32,000 bases of DNA from Candidatus Hermodarchaeota archaeon. GTDB lineage: Archaea; Asgardarchaeota; Heimdallarchaeia; Hodarchaeales; Hodarchaeaceae. Every line of letters starts with the position of its first letter. The first letter of the stretch is position 1. Below, one piece after another: positions 1 to 9,649 of this stretch. Position numbers and translations under genes: made by a program. The stretch covers positions 30,001 to 62,000 of the forward strand of contig JBHLKY010000006.1 of NCBI GenBank assembly GCA_048886185.1, given 5' to 3'. The notes under the pieces are model-generated. The model did no database searches, had not been told where the DNA came from, and worked only from the letters and a program-made list of their open reading frames with translations.

Positions 1-547
1 AAGAATATTTTCAAACATGAGTTAACACCACTTTGTTGTATGTAATTGAAGTGAGTTAGAGTAGAATTACCATTTGAAACCACATTTTGAAATATTTTTC
101 ATACTTGTGGCTCGTGTAGTGGTCTATTCTTAATGTATTTATTGTTAGTACAGGAGATTTTCACCTTGAAAAAAGAAATCCTAGTTCAAATTGAATATAG
201 AATCTTTTGGGAGTCTTTTTCTGCTTCTGAATGAATCGAAAAATAGTAAAAAGTATCTGTTGAACCTCAATAATGAACTTGTGCTTTTGTAGTTCGATAT
301 TCTTGTAGAAGTTGTATTTTGGTAGTAAATTATAGGTGTAAAACTATTCTGAATGTTGTTTCTAAAAATTGACGATGATAATTTACTCTCGCAGTTCAAT
401 ACTGTGGAAATGTGTTCAAATTAATTTCAGAGAAGACACAAACTCAAAGTCTATGAAATAATTAATCTATAACAATGTATTTGAGGGAATTCATGACCCT
501 TTCTGGTCAAGTATGGTAAATAAAGCAACTTCTAATATAAGAAGGAA

Positions 548-1669
548 TTAAAGCTCTTTTACAGTAGGAACAGTAGGAATTGCCTTGTTTAACTCTCTTA
601 ATATTCGATCTGAGGCTTTTCCGTCACCATAGATCGAAGGTTTGGCAATAATTTTCTTCTTGATCATTACTTCAATCGCTTGTGCTATCAATATTGGATT
701 ATTCCCTACAATTTCATTAGCTCCTTCTTCAACGGTTTCCAACCATTCTGTCTTGTTCCTTAATGTTATACAGGGAACTTCTAACAGGTATGCCTCTTTT
801 TGTAACCCCCCAGAATCAGTTAACACTAATTTGCTATTCGCAACTAAATTTAAAAAAATATGATATGATTGGGGGTCTATCAATTTGATATTCGGTGGAA
901 TTTTAATGTTTGTTTTTTCTATAATCTTTTTAGTGTGTGGATGAATGGGAAATATGGAAGAAATCCCAGTTTTTCCAATTGAAAGGAATATTTTATTAAG
1001 CTTCTCTGAGTCAGCCAAGGTTTCACGTCTGTGAAGAGTCATAATTAAATAGTTTTTCTCCTCAATTCTTAAATTATCAGCTGTAGACTCAAATAATTTC
1101 TTATCAATTATCCTCTTTTTTTCTGAAATTAATAATTCTTGCATTGTATCACCAGTAAAGATAATTGCGCCGAGGGCTGATTCTTTTTCTAAATTCTGAA
1201 TAGCTGTTTTAGTTGGAGCGAATAGAAGGGCCGATCCATGATCGATTAATCGACGGTTAATTTCTTCTTGCATCCTTAAATCAAAACTTCTTAGTCCTGC
1301 TTCGATATGACATACAGGAATTTTCAGGAACATACCCGTAAGGGCTCCCGCTAATGCTGAATTGGTGTCCCCTGGAATTAGCAATCCATCAAATTCTCCC
1401 TTCTTGAGAATGGGAGTAAGTTTCTCGATAATTTTACAAATGTGATAGTCCGTGGATCCTGACCGTACATCTAATTCATGATCAGGAGAATCCATTAACA
1501 GATTTCTAAAAAATAAATCGGATAGATAAGAGTCATAATGCTGCCCAGTGAAGATATGGACAATTTCAATCTCAGTTAGCGATTTTACATTCCTAAGAAT
1601 AGGTACAGATTTAATAATTTGGGGTCTAGTCCCTGTAACAAGTGCGTACTTTTTTACCATAATAACCAT
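548..1669 (-). CDS. wecB: Non-hydrolysing UDP-N-acetylglucosamine 2-epimerase, WbpI-like subfamily
   Basis: Motifs GTRPQIIK, TGQHYD, GDTNSALAGAL, HIEAGLRS, EEINR, TDSGGLQKEA, TLRNKTEW, YGDGKAS. The start may be ATG 1660 (MVKKY). Confidence 0.93.
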   Translation of the reverse strand: MVIMVKKYALVTGTRPQIIKSVPILRNVKSLTEIEIVHIFTGQHYDSYLSDLFFRNLLMDSPDHELDVRSGSTDYHICKIIEKLTPILKKGEFDGLLIPGDTNSALAGALTGMFLKIPVCHIEAGLRSFDLRMQEEINRRLIDHGSALLFAPTKTAIQNLEKESALGAIIFTGDTMQELLISEKKRIIDKKLFESTADNLRIEEKNYLIMTLHRRETLADSEKLNKIFLSIGKTGISSIFPIHPHTKKIIEKTNIKIPPNIKLIDPQSYHIFLNLVANSKLVLTDSGGLQKEAYLLEVPCITLRNKTEWLETVEEGANEIVGNNPILIAQAIEVMIKKKIIAKPSIYGDGKASDRILRELNKAIPTVPTVKEL

Positions 1670-1862
1670 CAGCTTAATCTAATAAATAATAATTTTATTG
1701 AAATGAACTATTATATATTTAAAAAAAGTGGTTTCGGGTAAATATCGTGAACTAGCCTGAAGTTCTAACAGAATCACCTTTTCAATAATATATTAATTAT
1801 CATTACCTTTTTGAAAAATATGTCTAGTCTTTTACTAATATAATCTGAAAAGGGGGTTCTGA

Positions 1863-2747
1863 TTAAAGAATATTTTTCAACTTTCTTGGCAAATTAGCCA
1901 GCTGGTATTTGAATAAAAATTTTCGTGTCTTTTGTTGACGGGATGAAAGATTAAATTGCCATCCGTTTGAAAAATAACCTGCTATAAGTCGTACCGCGGA
2001 TCTTATGCCAAATTTCTGTGTTAAAACAAACCTCAATCCTCGTAAAATGACTATTACAGGATTATATCCCATCGCACGCATTCCCCGTCCCCAATCAAAG
2101 AAATCTACTGTTCCTTGTCCTATTCGCGAAACAAAATATTTTATATCAGAGAAACTGCGTACCTCTAGCCCTAACCTTAAACATTCCATTTGACATTGTG
2201 ATTCCCAACCATAAGATACCGGATATTTTTCCCCATACCATTCCCAAAAACGTACATCAAAAATTCGTCCAGACCCTCGTGCGTGATCTGGGTTCATAGG
2301 AGCATGTGGCGGATGACCCGAAGCTATTGCTAGTCGTGGATTCTTAACAAAACAACCCAGTAGTTTTTTGATATATTCTGGTTCTAACAGGGTATCGGCT
2401 CCTAGTACCATTAAGAAATCATAATGGTCTTTGCAGGCTTCCTCAAACCCCTTATTAAACGTTTGAGCTATCAACGGTTTGCCTACAAGACTTTTTCCAC
2501 CTATTCTTTCAGGACGTTCCAAAACTTTCAATGTGAAGCTTTTAGGTTTAAAGTAAGACAGGATGGTTAAGGTATTATCTTTAGATCCATCGTCAACTGC
2601 TACAACAATAGAAGGTGGATAAGTTTGTCTTTCTAATGATTGAAGCGTTGCTAAAATATGTTTTTCTTCATTTCGAGCAGGGATAACAACATTAATAATT
2701 TTTTTTGTCTCAGTATCCACTGAATGATTTGTATTCATCTTATTCAT
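1863..2747 (-). CDS. Glycosyltransferase family 2 (GT-A)
   Basis: N-terminal VVIPARNEE and VDDGSKDNT; the DxD site reads GADT. Confidence 0.88.
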   Translation of the reverse strand: MNKMNTNHSVDTETKKIINVVIPARNEEKHILATLQSLERQTYPPSIVVAVDDGSKDNTLTILSYFKPKSFTLKVLERPERIGGKSLVGKPLIAQTFNKGFEEACKDHYDFLMVLGADTLLEPEYIKKLLGCFVKNPRLAIASGHPPHAPMNPDHARGSGRIFDVRFWEWYGEKYPVSYGWESQCQMECLRLGLEVRSFSDIKYFVSRIGQGTVDFFDWGRGMRAMGYNPVIVILRGLRFVLTQKFGIRSAVRLIAGYFSNGWQFNLSSRQQKTRKFLFKYQLANLPRKLKNIL

Positions 2748-2767
2748 AGATTAAAACCCTAAATAGC

Positions 2768-2779
2768 CTATTTAAATAG
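2768..2779. promoter_or_regulatory. Palindromic TATA-like element in the divergent GT2/GT4 intergenic region
   Basis: Perfect 12-bp palindrome CTATTTAAATAG, containing TTTAAATA on both strands, 21 bp upstream of the GT2 ATG. Confidence 0.35.
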
Positions 2780-2944
2780 TTGTACAAAGGATTGATACAA
2801 AAAATGTTATTAAAGCATAAAAAAGCTTATCTTAATGTAATTATTGCTATTAAACTAGTCTACAATATTCTTGAAATGCCATTCATTCTATATGAATTAA
2901 AAATTAGACTATAGTTCTTTTGAAAATGGTGGTTCTTAATCATA

Positions 2945-4036
2945 TTGAAAATTCTAGCTCTTAGGGTTCTGGCTTGGGATATTACAGCCCGTCTTCCTCA
3001 ACGAATTGACTTTATAAAAGATCGGATCTCAAGGAAAGTAGAGTACTCCGAAATTTATATTGCACCTATTCATGCTTTGGGTTATTATTTTGGATACATA
3101 ATTAGTTTCATTTTAACAATTCCACGCCTTCTAAGTAGAAAGTATGACATTCTTCTAATTGAAAATGCGTATCTAGTTATTTTTGGAATAATAGCACGAT
3201 TATCGGGGAGAAAGGTCATTACAGAGTATGTTGATTATTATCCTGCTATGCTCCAACGAATTTATCGGACGAGAAAGCTCCGTTTTTTTGTAGCAGTAAT
3301 GTTATGCAGGATGTTTTCGAAACTAACAAATCGTGTGATTGTAGAAACACAATTAAGTAAATTTATGGTCACATCACTTGGGATTCATCCTTCAAAAGTC
3401 CGTGTGATCAGTCAATCACCGGACATTTCTATAATAAAACGTTATAATCGACAAGAAATACGTAAAAAATATGGGATTAAGAAAGATGACTTTGTTATTG
3501 GTTATCTTGGTAAATTTACAGATCATTATGGTTTAGAGATAATTCCTACTGCTACTGCAATAGCTCGTAAGCAGATAAAAAGAAATTTGATCTTATTTAT
3601 GGTAGGTGAGGGAGAATTTCTTTCAAAAATAAAAGAACAAATAAATTGCTTAGCTCTAGAGAATGTGATTTTTACAGGAAGAATTCCATTCACAGAGGTA
3701 TCGAAATACTATTCTACTTTTGACATTCTTCTTTATACACCAAATACAGCTTCAGGAATAAAATTAGCCGAAGCTCTCGTTATTGGTGTTCCTGTCATAA
3801 TTGGGGCGGGGTATGCCACTGAATTCATTAAAGATGGTTTTAATGGATTTGTTGCTGAAACACGAACGGCAGAAGCTTACGCTAAGAAGATCGTGGAATT
3901 TGAAAAATGGAATAAAAAAGATATCAAAGAATTAATCAAGAAAATCAGAAAATACGCCCATAAAAGGTTTGTTCTTGCTTATAAATCGTACTTTTTATTG
4001 TTCAATGAAGTTTTCAATCTTTCTCCTTACAGCTAG
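2945..4036 (+). CDS. Glycosyltransferase family 4 (GT-B), TTG start
   Basis: IGYLGK, MVGEG, VIFTGRIP, FDILL and GIKLAEALVIGVPVI form a GT-B C-terminal signature; the first Glu of the EX7E motif is absent. Confidence 0.85.
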   Translation: MKILALRVLAWDITARLPQRIDFIKDRISRKVEYSEIYIAPIHALGYYFGYIISFILTIPRLLSRKYDILLIENAYLVIFGIIARLSGRKVITEYVDYYPAMLQRIYRTRKLRFFVAVMLCRMFSKLTNRVIVETQLSKFMVTSLGIHPSKVRVISQSPDISIIKRYNRQEIRKKYGIKKDDFVIGYLGKFTDHYGLEIIPTATAIARKQIKRNLILFMVGEGEFLSKIKEQINCLALENVIFTGRIPFTEVSKYYSTFDILLYTPNTASGIKLAEALVIGVPVIIGAGYATEFIKDGFNGFVAETRTAEAYAKKIVEFEKWNKKDIKELIKKIRKYAHKRFVLAYKSYFLLFNEVFNLSPYS

Positions 4037-4114
4037 TTCCTAAAGCGTCATTTTACTGAAAATAGACATCTTACATATTTTATGAATAAATCAGGACTTA
4101 TTTTGAGAGAATGG

Positions 4115-5101
4115 CTATGGTACGCTTTCTCGAAGTCTTTTTGTAATAATTATGAGAAAAACCAGCCCTAGGGTGACACCAAACCATAAAGTGGTCATAC
4201 GGATTAAAATAACTAAAGCTCCTGCGGTTGACAAGCTTATCACTAAAAGGTTAACTAAAAATACCTCCATACTTCCCTCCATTACACCTAAACCCCCTGG
4301 AAGAAATGAAATCGCGCCTAGGAGAGAAGATGTTGCATAAATAAAGATTGAAGCTTCAAAAGTAATTTGAATCCCCAAGTTTTGAGCTAACAAATAAAAT
4401 CCCAACCCTTCACATGCCCATCCGATAGTACCAAGCGCTAGAGCTCCTAAAAACACATTCAAATTAAAAGTGACTACCACATCTGAACGAAATTTATCGA
4501 TTTTCATTCCAATGTCAGCCCATGGTTGTAAATGAAAGATCCAGCTAACTAGATTATACAATGAATCGAATAAAAGGACTAAAACACCTAGGAGGATTCC
4601 TAAAAGAATAATGATCAATACAGGTAAATAATCTATGGATTGTTGATAGCCTAGAACCATTACTCCAAGTAATGCTAGTAAAGTCACTGCTAATAAATCA
4701 ATTAAACGTTCTGAAAATGTTGATGCAAGTCCTTTTGATAACTCTACTGAGCTTGTTTTTCTTAGAAAAAAAGCCCTAATTGCTTCTCCAACTTTTGCAG
4801 GAGTTATGGATAGGCTTAATCCAGCAAAGAATATTAAAAGATTATCTTTGAGTGGAATTTCCAGTTCTAGACTCCGAGTAAAGAGAATCCATTTGAAGAA
4901 CCGACAGAAATAATTTGTTAGACTTAATAATATAGCTAAAAGAATTACTGCAGGATTAACACTTATTAAATTCTTTATGAGTTCCTCCCAATCACTTAGT
5001 AACATTATAAGAAGGTATACAAATACTGCTAAGATTATACCGAATATAAATGAACGAAAACTTAAAATCTGCGCATAAGGCCCTTGTTTTGTTGTTTCCA
5101 T
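4115..5101 (-). CDS. UPF0104 / lysylphosphatidylglycerol-synthase-TM (flippase-like) membrane protein
   Basis: About 8 hydrophobic helices; ITPAKVGEAIR, SERLID and PGGLGVMEG motifs. Confidence 0.85.
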   Translation of the reverse strand: METTKQGPYAQILSFRSFIFGIILAVFVYLLIMLLSDWEELIKNLISVNPAVILLAILLSLTNYFCRFFKWILFTRSLELEIPLKDNLLIFFAGLSLSITPAKVGEAIRAFFLRKTSSVELSKGLASTFSERLIDLLAVTLLALLGVMVLGYQQSIDYLPVLIIILLGILLGVLVLLFDSLYNLVSWIFHLQPWADIGMKIDKFRSDVVVTFNLNVFLGALALGTIGWACEGLGFYLLAQNLGIQITFEASIFIYATSSLLGAISFLPGGLGVMEGSMEVFLVNLLVISLSTAGALVILIRMTTLWFGVTLGLVFLIIITKRLRESVP

Positions 5102-5145
5102 TGATTAAACCAAGAATAAAATTAATATGTTGCTACATGGTCTAG

Positions 5146-6219
5146 CTATTGAAATTCTAACAATCGTTTTAACTGAGGATGTTTTGAAAGCTTTTTAATT
5201 ACTCTTTTGATATCTCGGGCTTTTTCTCTATGACAAATAAAAACACAATCTTCAGTATCAATAACCACAATATTTGAAATCCCGAAAATGACGATAGGTT
5301 TTTCTCCAAAAATTACACTATTTTTCACGTCTATTCCTAGAAAATCCCCCTGTATAATATTTCCTTTGGAATCAGTGTCTAAAATACGGTCTAAAGAATC
5401 CCATGTTCCTATGTCATCCCAGTAGAAATCACCCATGACAACAACTAAATCAGATGTTTTTTCCATGATACCATAGTCAATGGATACATTGGAGAGAGGG
5501 AGGAAGGCGTCATAAGCCTGTTTTTCATCAAATTTAGTTATTATGATTCGTTCAAGAGCTTGATACAAAGCAGGCATATGTTGACGAATTTTTTGATATA
5601 AGAATGAAGGTTTAACGATGAACATCCCCGAATTCCACAGATACCCCCGCTCAATGTATTTTTGGGCGTTTTTTTCATCTGGTTTCTCTTTAAAACTCTT
5701 AACTTCGTAAACTGGAACTGAAATTTCTTCAATCATCTTTCCTGGATTGATATATCCAAAACGTGTTTCTATTTGTCTCGGTTTTATCCCAATTGTGGAT
5801 ATCTTCCCTTTTTCAGCGAATTGTATAGCAACCGCTAATACTTCTTTGAATCGAATTACATCTGGAATATAATAGTCCGCTCCCATAAAGAGTGTGACTT
5901 CATCTTTATTTTCGTAAAGGAGTTGAGCACAAACATATCCCATTCCCGCTGCAGAATCCCGACCTAATGGTTCTACTGCCATACGAACATTAGGTAATTG
6001 TTCTTGAATTAAAGGAGCTAGTTCTTTTCGTGTAGATATGATTATATTATCAATTCCCACAATTTGAGTTGCTATCTCAAAAGTTCGTTGGATCAAAGAT
6101 TGGTTTCCATTAAGAGAAATGAATTGTTTGGGCCAATTCTCACGTGATTTTGGCCATAAGCGTTCGCCTCCTCCTCCAGCTAGGATAACTATGAAGACCA
6201 CTTGTTTCGCCTCAATCAT
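5146..6219 (-). CDS. manC: Mannose-1-phosphate guanylyltransferase
   Basis: ILAGGGGERLWPKSR..PKQF, EPLGRDSA, FKEKP, WNSGMF, SIDYGIMEK, WDDIGTW. Confidence 0.93.
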   Translation of the reverse strand: MIEAKQVVFIVILAGGGGERLWPKSRENWPKQFISLNGNQSLIQRTFEIATQIVGIDNIIISTRKELAPLIQEQLPNVRMAVEPLGRDSAAGMGYVCAQLLYENKDEVTLFMGADYYIPDVIRFKEVLAVAIQFAEKGKISTIGIKPRQIETRFGYINPGKMIEEISVPVYEVKSFKEKPDEKNAQKYIERGYLWNSGMFIVKPSFLYQKIRQHMPALYQALERIIITKFDEKQAYDAFLPLSNVSIDYGIMEKTSDLVVVMGDFYWDDIGTWDSLDRILDTDSKGNIIQGDFLGIDVKNSVIFGEKPIVIFGISNIVVIDTEDCVFICHREKARDIKRVIKKLSKHPQLKRLLEFQ

Positions 6220-6532
6220 ATAGAATAAAAGCTCCAGCTTCTAATCCGAACTCTATATCATGAGTTAATACTTTCGCTGAAAGAAATATAATCGGAATAT
6301 GCTTGTATCTGTTATCTTCTTTTAATTGTCTACATAAATCCAGACCATATAAACCAGGCATTCTAATATCTAGAAGTATAAGATCGGGAGACTTCTTAAC
6401 TTGTTCTAGTGCTTGATTCCCGTTTATTGCGTTCCAAATCGTGAAACATTCGTGTTCTAGGATTGTACTAAACATTTCAAGCGTATCTTCCTCATCATCA
6501 ACAATTAATATCGTAGTTTTTTCTGTGGACAT
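6212..6532 (-). pseudogene. Response-regulator receiver domain truncated at the C-terminus
   Basis: ILIVDDEE, PDLILLDIRMPG (phospho-Asp) and IIFLSAK are present, but the protein ends GLEAGAFILYD* without the conserved Lys-Pro (beta5-alpha5). It overlaps manC by 8 nt. Confidence 0.7.
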
Positions 6533-6622
6533 TGTTAACCCTAAATTGAAAGAACATAGATAATTTGTGCCGATTGTAGTAAATCTTTAAGTATAATTTT
6601 TTTAAGATTGTGATTAAAATTA

Positions 6623-7762
6623 TCAACAGAACAAATTATACAATGTCCCACGCTCACAAGGTATTCTTTGAAGCTGGTGAATACTTGTTTGAAACTTTTC
6701 TGGTGTTATAAATTGTCCAAATGTTCCTCCTGCTGATCGGGTAATATTTTCCTCAAATAATGTTCCCCCAAAATCATTACATCCACTTTCTAATGTTATC
6801 TTAGCCAGAGGGAACCCTAATTTCACCCAAGACGTCTGAATATTCCTAAAAGTTTCTCCCAAAAACAATCTGGAAACAGCATAAAACTTGATATAATCTA
6901 ACTTGCTTAATTCCTGTATATGAAAGGATGTATCTTTCTTCAACCGTGTATTGGCCGCGATGAAAGGGAGGGGAATAAATTCTGTGAATCCACCTGTTTT
7001 TTCCTGAATTATTTTTAATAAGGAGAGATGGTGTATCCAATGGTTTGAATTTTCTATATGGCCAAAAAGGATTGTTGCTGTAGTTGGAATTCTTAATTGA
7101 TGGCATTGTTCGATGATATCGATCCATTCACTACTACTTAACTTAGCAGGGCAAATAATTTTGCGAATCTTGTCATCTAGTATCTCTGCTGCAGTTCCAG
7201 GAACAGAGTCCAAACCGTTTCTTTTAAATTCTTTTAAAACATCTACGACATCTTGCCCTATAGATTTAGCTGCATGAACAATTTCTTGAGGAGAAAACGC
7301 ATGAATATGTATAGTAGGATCAATACTCTTAAGATTTTTAATGATTTCAAGATATGTATCGAAAGTAATATTCGGATGAATCCCTCCTTGGACACACACC
7401 TCTGTTATACGATATGGATGGGTTTGATTAATTTTTTCACGCAAGAATTCAGTTGAGATATCAATATACCCATCGATTGAATCAACTGGTACAGAATATG
7501 CACAGAAAAGACAATTCTTAGAACAGACATTGGTGAAGTTGATGTTACGATTAACAACATATGTTATTATCGAACCTACTTGACGTTTCCTAATAATATC
7601 TGCAACCTGACCTAAAAGAAGTATTTCACGTCCCTGTGACGAAAATAAAATTTTAAGCTCATTGATTGTAGGAATTTGCTCATCTAATGCTCTTTTTAGA
7701 ATATCACGAATTTTTTTCCTAGCTATTCGAAGATCAACCTCCAAGCGATCAATTTTCATCAT
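6623..7762 (-). CDS. cofH: FO synthase subunit 2 (radical SAM)
   Basis: TYVVNRNINFTNVCSKNCLFC (CX3CX2C), EVCVQGG, HAFSPQE, PGTAAEIL, FIPLPF, IQTSWVKLG, NDFGGTLFEENITRSAG. Confidence 0.93.
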   Translation of the reverse strand: MMKIDRLEVDLRIARKKIRDILKRALDEQIPTINELKILFSSQGREILLLGQVADIIRKRQVGSIITYVVNRNINFTNVCSKNCLFCAYSVPVDSIDGYIDISTEFLREKINQTHPYRITEVCVQGGIHPNITFDTYLEIIKNLKSIDPTIHIHAFSPQEIVHAAKSIGQDVVDVLKEFKRNGLDSVPGTAAEILDDKIRKIICPAKLSSSEWIDIIEQCHQLRIPTTATILFGHIENSNHWIHHLSLLKIIQEKTGGFTEFIPLPFIAANTRLKKDTSFHIQELSKLDYIKFYAVSRLFLGETFRNIQTSWVKLGFPLAKITLESGCNDFGGTLFEENITRSAGGTFGQFITPEKFQTSIHQLQRIPCERGTLYNLFC

Positions 7763-8913
7763 TGTTCAACAGCCATCCTGATTTTTTGGTTTTTAATCCT
7801 CGCTAGCTCATGAACTCGCTCTGAAAGCCACTCTGTATTTATGAACCGAGGATAAACAGGGAGTCTCTCACGTAAAGAATATCCAGCTTGTTTTGTTACC
7901 TCTTCAAGTTTTGAAATTGAAGGCCATTTATGATCTGGATTAATATAATCATGTGTGATCGCTGATATCCCCCCCCAGTCAGACATCCCGGCCTTTATAA
8001 AGCGATCCTCATAATTTTGTACAAGATTTGGTGGAATTTGTATTGATACATCTGGTGGGAGAATATGGCGGGCGACAATTAGGATTTTTTCCATTAAATC
8101 TAGAGAGGGAGGGGAATAATTCGCCATAATGCTGTTTTTATGAGGTTGAAAATTCTGAATAATCACCTCTTGAATGTGTTGATGCTTTTGATGAATATTT
8201 TTCAAAGCAAATAGACTTTCAACAATTTCTTCAAGAGTTTCACCAATTCCAATTAATATTCCACTTGTAAAGGGAATCTTAAGTTCTCCAGCAGAAGTAA
8301 TGGTCTTAATTCTTTTTTTAGGGTGTTTATCAGGAGATCGAAAGTGAGGTAATCCAGCTTGAGTAAGTCGTATGCTTATTGTTTCTAACATCAGTCCGAT
8401 ACTAGCTGAAACTTCCCGTAAATGTCTAAGCTCATCCAAAGTCAAAGTTCCAGCATTAATATGAGGTAAAAGATCGTATTTCAAAGCTTTTTCTGCAATA
8501 AAGTGTGTGTAATCTGTTGTTGACTCAAATCCATGCTTAGTTAACCACTTTTTGGCAACAGAGTGTTTTTTCTCGGGTTTTTCACCCATTGTAATAAGAA
8601 CTTCAGATACTCCTTGGTTTTGAGCAAGACTTAAAATCCTTTCAACTCTCTCAGGTTTCAAGAATTCTTGACCTGGAAGTACTTTAGAACGATGAAAACC
8701 GCAGTAATCACATACATTGCTACAAAGAAATGTTAAGGGAATGAAAACGTTTGTAGTGAACGTAATATGATGTTCATAAGCATTAATTGCAATAGATTGA
8801 GCGGACTTTTTCCATAAATCAATTTCAGCTGAATTATTTCGATATAGAAATTCTACTATTTGACTAACGGTTGTAGCTTCAGGAGGACTAATTTTGGAAG
8901 TATTAGGTATCAA
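7759..8913 (-). CDS. cofG: FO synthase subunit 1 (radical SAM)
   Basis: FIPLTFLCSNVCDYC, GEKPE, LPHINAG, GLMLE, PDKHP, FTSGILIGIGE, QEVIIQNF, QIPPNL, DWGGIS. TTG start; ATGA overlap with cofH. Confidence 0.93.
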   Translation of the reverse strand: MIPNTSKISPPEATTVSQIVEFLYRNNSAEIDLWKKSAQSIAINAYEHHITFTTNVFIPLTFLCSNVCDYCGFHRSKVLPGQEFLKPERVERILSLAQNQGVSEVLITMGEKPEKKHSVAKKWLTKHGFESTTDYTHFIAEKALKYDLLPHINAGTLTLDELRHLREVSASIGLMLETISIRLTQAGLPHFRSPDKHPKKRIKTITSAGELKIPFTSGILIGIGETLEEIVESLFALKNIHQKHQHIQEVIIQNFQPHKNSIMANYSPPSLDLMEKILIVARHILPPDVSIQIPPNLVQNYEDRFIKAGMSDWGGISAITHDYINPDHKWPSISKLEEVTKQAGYSLRERLPVYPRFINTEWLSERVHELARIKNQKIRMAVEQ

Positions 8914-8930
8914 AACTAGATCTCCATACT

Positions 8931-9602
8931 TTAATGTGAATTTATATCTATCTGTTCTAATATTCTTGCAAGATGATTTGATTCAAAAACCATCGACAAA
9001 TGCTTTTTTAAATATTTGACATCATTAAGAGTATCCAAATCTCGAGCAAAAGGATCAAATTTAAGTACACGATACTTTAGATTCTTTAAATTAGCCTCTC
9101 TTTGAAATTTGGTGCAACTATTCATTCCGAATTGAAATGATAATAAATCACTCCTCTTTAGAAATAGGGCAGTGGTTCCCCTGTTTTGATCATTGGATAT
9201 CGATGGAATAATCAGAACATCGTTATTTTGAATTTCATTCAACAATTTCTCAAAAAAAACCTCAGAAATATATGGTAAATCTGGCATAATAATTAAAATC
9301 GATTTATCGGTGGATATTTTTTGAACTGCTTCTGATAATGCTACATTTAAATCGACACCCGAATCACAATATGTGAATGTGGCTCCCAAGTTTATACTAT
9401 TATTTATAATAGAGATTGAAGGTGAAATCACGCCAAAAGGGCATGAAACTGATTTTATTATTTCAATAGTTTGATAAAAAATGGTCTCTACAAGGTTATC
9501 TATAAGTGGTGAGAATTCAGCGGGGATTGCTTTTTTTATGCGTGTCTTAGTTTCTAAAAAATCCTTAATGGGAATAAGAATAATGAGGTCAGATCTTTTC
9601 AG
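8931..9602 (-). CDS. cofC: 2-phospho-L-lactate/PEP guanylyltransferase; extended to a CTG start (223 aa)
   Basis: The ORF-track fragment has DLN, MPDLP, GTT, FG and DLDT..D. The frame stays open 57 codons upstream of GTG 9431 and encodes LIILIPIKDFLETKTR, the CofC N-terminal IPxK..KxR motif. An in-frame TAA lies just upstream of CTT-CTG, and SD GAAGGTG sits 8 nt before CTG 9602. Confidence 0.85.
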   Translation of the reverse strand: MKRSDLIILIPIKDFLETKTRIKKAIPAEFSPLIDNLVETIFYQTIEIIKSVSCPFGVISPSISIINNSINLGATFTYCDSGVDLNVALSEAVQKISTDKSILIIMPDLPYISEVFFEKLLNEIQNNDVLIIPSISNDQNRGTTALFLKRSDLLSFQFGMNSCTKFQREANLKNLKYRVLKFDPFARDLDTLNDVKYLKKHLSMVFESNHLARILEQIDINSH

Positions 9603-9649
9603 AAGTTAAACACCTTCATCTGTTTAAAAAACATTGAAATTTATTATTT

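Noticed and set aside
1-547. 72-aa ORF 181..399 and other broken minus-strand frames
   Set aside because: No recognisable motif, several stops in the neighbouring frames and low-complexity composition. It could be a decayed gene, but I cannot support that.
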